The notes under the pieces were generated by a model that worked only from the letters and a program-made list of their open reading frames with translations, ran no database searches and had not been told where the DNA came from. A stretch of 64,000 nucleotides of DNA from Spirochaetia bacterium (GTDB lineage Bacteria > Spirochaetota > Spirochaetia > UBA9216). Position 1 is the stretch's first letter, and every line of letters starts with the position of its first letter. The translations under genes were made by a program, and so were the position numbers. The stretch lies in assembly GCA_965140585.1 (NCBI GenBank), contig OZ223269.1, forward strand, positions 320,001-384,000, in the 5' to 3' direction. Shown in pieces: positions 59,978 through 64,000 of the stretch.

Positions 59978-60006
59978 TTGAATCTGCCTCTCTTATCCAT
60001 TATGCT
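59978..60006 (+). promoter_or_regulatory. Sigma70 promoter TTGAAT-17-TATGCT for the hemerythrin gene
   Basis: Hexamers and spacing. Confidence 0.55.
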
Positions 60007-60050
60007 ATCAATATAACAATGTAAATCATATTCAAACCGGAGAAATAAAA

Positions 60051-60449
60051 ATGAAATTTATGGAATGGAGTACAAAATTTGAATTGGGAATACCTGACAT
60101 GGATCAGCAGCATCAGAGATGGCTTGAGATTTTAAACAATTTTTATGAGAAACTTGATAATGATGATATGACTGAGAATGTAAAAAAACTGGTTGATGAG
60201 GTATTGGAATATACAAACTATCATTTTACCCAGGAAGAAACCTTCATGGAGTCTATTCATTACCCGGAGATTGACTCGCAAAAGCAGATGCATGCTGAGA
60301 TTATACGTATGATTGAGGGATATCGTCAAAAAGCGGTTGAGGGCAAGGTCATAATCTCAATGACATTAACTGCGGAACTAAAGAAATGGTTTAAAGAACA
60401 CATTCTTATCGAAGATAAGAAGTATTCTGAATTTTTCCTTAACAGGTGA
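60051..60449 (+). CDS. Bacteriohemerythrin
   Basis: W..G...D.QH, HFTQEE, H at the third-ligand region (QKQMH), W..EHI..EDKKY. Confidence 0.9.
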   Translation: MKFMEWSTKFELGIPDMDQQHQRWLEILNNFYEKLDNDDMTENVKKLVDEVLEYTNYHFTQEETFMESIHYPEIDSQKQMHAEIIRMIEGYRQKAVEGKVIISMTLTAELKKWFKEHILIEDKKYSEFFLNR

Positions 60450-60536
60450 ACTACAGGGTGAATCTGTTCATAAATAATTTAGGGATATGATAGAGGATAA
60501 TACAACTTAAAAGAAAATTTTGTTTTTTACCTCTTT

Positions 60537-61157
60537 CTAACAGTATTGTGAATCAATAATTAATTCATTTGGGAAATATGTTCTAAAAAACTCCATCATT
60601 GTATTTTCAAATTGTGAGGTGATGTTATACATTGAATCCAATATCTCCGACTGTTCTTCAGTTAGCTTTGTCTCGCGAAGAATTTCTAATCCACTTAACA
60701 GCACCTGAATATTATTCCCTGTGAAATGGGTTATTTTTTGTAAAATATGGAGCTTATCATCTTCATTGCCCAATTGCCCCAAAATTCCTATATCCAGACT
60801 TTTTAGCCCATTCATTCTCTCTATGTAATCATAAATATTCTTTAACGTAAGGACTCCAATAAATCTTTCATCTTTAATACAAGGTAAGGCTGTGAATCCA
60901 GAATTAAGTAATGATTTAATTGCTTGGTTTATTGGAAGATCAATATTAATAACAGGCTTTCTTTTCAATGTGTCGCCTATCAATACTTTTTGTTTGTCAA
61001 CTAAGTCTTCTTTTGTAAAAACACCGATAAAGCATTCATCCTCCTGAATAACCACAAATGGATAAGTTTTCAATGTTCTGACTGCCGTCTGTGTTGGATC
61101 AAGAGGTGATAGTTTTGGAAAATTTTTCTCTAATAAGTCGTCAATCATTAAATTATT
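60537..61157 (-). CDS. CBS-pair protein with C-terminal degenerate HisKA-like helical hairpin
   Basis: FIGVFTKEDL and LPCI..FIGVLT CBS motifs; ITHFTGNNIQVLLSGLEIL..LTEEQ; no ATPase boxes; start chosen at the ATG overlapping the upstream stop. Confidence 0.7.
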   Translation of the reverse strand, partial: NNLMIDDLLEKNFPKLSPLDPTQTAVRTLKTYPFVVIQEDECFIGVFTKEDLVDKQKVLIGDTLKRKPVINIDLPINQAIKSLLNSGFTALPCIKDERFIGVLTLKNIYDYIERMNGLKSLDIGILGQLGNEDDKLHILQKITHFTGNNIQVLLSGLEILRETKLTEEQSEILDSMYNITSQFENTMMEFFRTYFPNELIIDSQYC

Positions 61158-61503
61158 CATCCCCAATTTCAATATTATCTACATAATACCGGACATTGAA
61201 ATTTATATTGATCGCTTCTGATTCCTCAACGTTTTTGAATACATTCCCTTCCAATACTTTTAGAATTCTTTCAAATGGAATCTTATTTATTAATTTTTTA
61301 TTTATGACTAGAGTTCCAATGTTAGCATATGATTTATTGGTATAGTCAAAATATTCGAATTCATCCGGAACTAAAAATTTAAATGCTTCTAAAATACCCA
61401 ATTTCCCATGTTTATATGCGCTTCCCAGAACCAGAATGTCAGTAACTGGAGGAATTTTAATTGCTTCATAATCAATTCTTACAGAATAACGCGAGTGATT
61501 CAT
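61153..61503 (-). CDS. Hypothetical protein
   Basis: 116 aa, GAGGAG RBS, coupled to the CBS gene. Confidence 0.75.
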   Translation of the reverse strand: MNHSRYSVRIDYEAIKIPPVTDILVLGSAYKHGKLGILEAFKFLVPDEFEYFDYTNKSYANIGTLVINKKLINKIPFERILKVLEGNVFKNVEESEAININFNVRYYVDNIEIGDE

Positions 61504-61652
61504 AGACTATCTCCTCTCACATTATTTATCGTAAAAGAGTAGTTTTTTGTTTACTAAAAATTACACAATTTGATTTGATTTTGTGAAATTTCGGAAAATA
61601 TGTAACTAGACCCCTTATGTTCAAATGATATCGCATAAAACAAAAATTTATA

Positions 61653-61698
61653 AGCGGCTGAGGGGAATCGAACCCCCGTGGCCAGCTTGGGAAGCTGA
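61653..61698 (-). pseudogene. 3' fragment of tRNA-Gly(CCC), probable att site
   Basis: Minus strand TCAGC-TTCCCAA-GCTGG anticodon arm, GGGGG-TTCGATT-CCCCT T arm, CAGCCGCT acceptor 3' strand; no 5' acceptor strand or D arm upstream. Confidence 0.85.
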
Positions 61699-61796
61699 CA
61701 GATTTAGCGATATACGCTATATATAGGGAGTATAGAGAGCGGAGGCCTTATATATAGTGATTTATGCGAGGCGTACGAGTGGTTTTTTAGAAAAAA

Positions 61797-61816
61797 TGGT
61801 AACATTTTTGGTAACA
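61797..61816. repeat. Direct repeat TGGTAACA x2 (12-bp period), putative integrase arm-type sites
   Basis: TGGTAACA-TTTT-TGGTAACA about 100 bp from the tRNA fragment. Confidence 0.55.
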
Positions 61817-61838
61817 CGAAACATAAAGGAAGCGTAAA

Positions 61839-63473
61839 CTAAACATGTCGATTCAATTCAATTATTAGGTTGATTACGGTACCGGAAATTTCAAGGACTC
61901 TGGAATATAGATTTTCCTGTTCCTCGGAAGTTAGCTGGTTTTTATTCATGATTATTTGATTAACATTTTGGTGAAGGTTTTCATGCTCTTTTCTCATAAT
62001 ATCAAACTCTTTAAAATTTTTCAGGATTATAGATTCTTTTGAATCAATCCATTTACCCAGGTCACAACTGTGGTGATCGGTAATTTTTGTATACTCAGTC
62101 TCCAATTTTCCGTCAATTACTGCACGGGCTCTCATTACCCAGAGAAGATGCTGAATTATTATTTTTACAACATGAAATCCCTTCTTTTTAGTTCCGAACT
62201 CCCAATTCTGGAAATTCTGAATATCTTCAAGGTATTCCTCGTAATTTACAATTGAACTGGAAATCGTCATGAAGGTTAAGTTAATATCCTGTGAAATCAT
62301 GGAAATTGATTTTATGCTTTCCATGCTTTCTTTACTGGCTTCTACAATCTCATTGATGGAGTTTCTGATATCGGCAGAGCTTAATGAAATTTCCTTTGAT
62401 CCATCTTTTATCATTGAGGTGACTTCATTTAATGTGTGTGTTGCGCTGACTATCTCCCTGCTGCCTACATTCAATTCAGATGTAGCCTGTAGTATTTCGT
62501 CAAATGCGGAAACCATTTCCTTTGTTTCAATACCAATCAATTCATAAGTATTAAGTGCTTGATTTCCAGCGATACGGACTTTGGATATATTATCAATGAT
62601 GTTTTTAAGTGTTGCAGCAACGAGCGTTGAATTATTTGCAGTTGACTCCGCAAGTTTTCGGATTTCTTCGGCAACCACTGCAAATCCTCTGCCTGCATCA
62701 CCGGCATGTGCGGCTTCAATTGCTGCATTCATTGATAATAAATTTGTTTGGCTTGCAATATTATTGATTACCGCAATGATATCCTGTATTGAATCAACAC
62801 TGTTATTAACTTCAGCAATAAGGCTGTTCATATCTTCCATATGTTCATGACCGCTTATAGTCTGATTCAATAACTTTAATGAGGTTTCACGCTTATTGTC
62901 AGTTATTCCTTTAACATTATGTATAGAAGCATCCATCTCTTCGATTGCTGCTGATGTTTGAATAACCGAACTCGATTGATTCTCAATTTGTGAACTGAAT
63001 TCACTCATTGTTTGAGTTATCTGTTCAATAGCTGTAGATGAATTTAATAGATTACTATTTAGAGCTCCCATGCGCTCTGTGATTGTCTTAACACTCCCGT
63101 TGATAGACGTTATCAGATGAACAGAATCACTGAGATCATCAGTAAATTTCAGAGATAAGGATTCATTTTCCGTTATTATCCTATTTACATTATTTCTGGA
63201 TTGTTCACATGAGCTCATATGCTCTTTTAGAAGCGTATAGCCTGGAGTTTTATTTTCGTCTCTACAATTCACACATAAGCGATTTGATATAAGTTCATCA
63301 TAAGACTGCCTAATTTGGTAAGCTCTTAAAAATACTATTATAAAAGTAATAGATATAACCACTATCGAAATGTAAGCGACTATAATCCTTGAATCTGCAA
63401 AGTATTTAAAAAAGAACATGCAAATATTGATAGCAATTGTTAATACCGGCATTATTATGATTAATTTCTTCAC
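61839..63473 (-). CDS. Methyl-accepting chemotaxis protein with C-terminal CZB domain (copy 2)
   Basis: Same architecture and motifs as 58050-59687. Confidence 0.92.
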   Translation of the reverse strand: MKKLIIIMPVLTIAINICMFFFKYFADSRIIVAYISIVVISITFIIVFLRAYQIRQSYDELISNRLCVNCRDENKTPGYTLLKEHMSSCEQSRNNVNRIITENESLSLKFTDDLSDSVHLITSINGSVKTITERMGALNSNLLNSSTAIEQITQTMSEFSSQIENQSSSVIQTSAAIEEMDASIHNVKGITDNKRETSLKLLNQTISGHEHMEDMNSLIAEVNNSVDSIQDIIAVINNIASQTNLLSMNAAIEAAHAGDAGRGFAVVAEEIRKLAESTANNSTLVAATLKNIIDNISKVRIAGNQALNTYELIGIETKEMVSAFDEILQATSELNVGSREIVSATHTLNEVTSMIKDGSKEISLSSADIRNSINEIVEASKESMESIKSISMISQDINLTFMTISSSIVNYEEYLEDIQNFQNWEFGTKKKGFHVVKIIIQHLLWVMRARAVIDGKLETEYTKITDHHSCDLGKWIDSKESIILKNFKEFDIMRKEHENLHQNVNQIIMNKNQLTSEEQENLYSRVLEISGTVINLIIELNRHV

Positions 63474-63592
63474 TTTAACCTCTTCAATTGGAATTTATAT
63501 ATGATTTTGAGTGAAATGAATATTCATTAAGATAATATTCGGTACAAACTAAAAGCTTATAAAAAAAGTTAATAAAATTTAATTTCTACAAA

Positions 63593-64000
63593 TTAATTTT
63601 CATCATATAACTCTTCGAATAGATTATTTATTTCATCTCTAACTAATAAAAGTATATCCACTATTTCTGGATCAAAATGTGTTCCGATAGATTCAGTAAT
63701 AATTTTTATTGTTTCCTGTTCACTAAAGGCTTGCTTATAGGGTCGTTTACTTCTTAATGCATCATATACATCAGCTAAAGCACAGATTCTTGCGGATAAC
63801 GGAATTGCTTTACCTGCAATTCCTCTGGGATATCCGCTTCCATCATATTTCTCTTGATGAGCATATGCGATCTCAGCAGCCATTTCCAGTGAAGGTTTAT
63901 TCTTTAGTATATCGAACCCTATTGTTGTATGAGTTTTAATGATTTCAAATTCTTCTTTAGTTAACTTTCTTTCGGCTAAAAGTATACTGTCAGGAATTCC
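63593..64000 (-). CDS. HD-GYP domain phosphodiesterase (5' truncated by window edge)
   Basis: GIPDSIL..LTKEEFEIIKTHT.IG, HQEKYDGSGYP.G, ADVYDALRSKRPYK. Confidence 0.92.
   Translation of the reverse strand, partial: GIPDSILLAERKLTKEEFEIIKTHTTIGFDILKNKPSLEMAAEIAYAHQEKYDGSGYPRGIAGKAIPLSARICALADVYDALRSKRPYKQAFSEQETIKIITESIGTHFDPEIVDILLLVRDEINNLFEELYDEN

Larger units (their letters stand above)
61653..64000. mobile_element. Left end of a probable tRNA-Gly-integrated genomic island (continues beyond window)
   Basis: tRNA 3' fragment, arm-like repeats, visibly AT-rich DNA; no integrase inside the window. Confidence 0.6.

Noticed and set aside
60457-60474. Rex-like GTGAA-N4-TTCAT site
   Set aside because: Lies between two convergent gene ends, not in a promoter, and the match is imperfect
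61653-61726. Intact tRNA-Gly gene
   Set aside because: The sequence 5' of the anticodon arm cannot form a D arm or pair with CAGCCGC, so only a fragment is present
58050-63473. Assembly artefact duplicating the chemoreceptor
   Set aside because: The copies differ throughout at synonymous sites and in the TM region
228-63939. Numerous 60-150 aa ORFs overlapping longer genes (e.g. 228-572, 15008-15460, 44935-45393, 58519-58965)
   Set aside because: Antisense or off-frame shadows of well-supported genes, with no motifs
1-64000. CRISPR array, rRNA, IS transposase, integrase, riboswitch
   Set aside because: No repeat-spacer array or recognisable motif seen by eye; a covariance-model search would be needed to exclude riboswitches

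Overview
Chromosomal segment of an anaerobic, probably free-living spirochaete (Spirochaetales). This is inferred from the gene orders murC-yicC-cmk-rpoZ-miaA, cdaA-cdaR-acpS-DUF2225-truA-udg-priA and def-fmt-PASTA, which recall Borrelia/Treponema synteny, plus many chemoreceptors and kinases. Housekeeping blocks (about 25-37 kb and 46-58 kb) alternate with accessory regions (about 6-25 kb, 37-46 kb, 58-64 kb). The best candidate for an undescribed system is a four-gene minus-strand unit at 14.8-20.3 kb: MerR/GyrI-type sensor, glycyl-radical activating enzyme, a glycyl radical enzyme with a non-canonical Cys loop (GCLD), and a MatC/SLC13-like carboxylate transporter, behind a textbook 19-bp-spacer MerR promoter. 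Other notable signals: a WYL-type palindrome linking a drug/DNA-damage cassette to a YafY regulator 12 kb away; a radical SAM-HhH fusion; many apparently leaderless genes; an HcpR-like site at -41.5 of a cupin gene; Pho-box-like repeats before an EAL-CBS-GGDEF gene; two paralogous CZB chemoreceptors with a conserved CxxC-x14-H-x3-C motif next to a hemerythrin; and a truncated tRNA-Gly(CCC) att site marking an island that runs off the right edge. No CRISPR array, rRNA or intact tRNA was seen. All calls come from reading motifs by eye; no database search was run.
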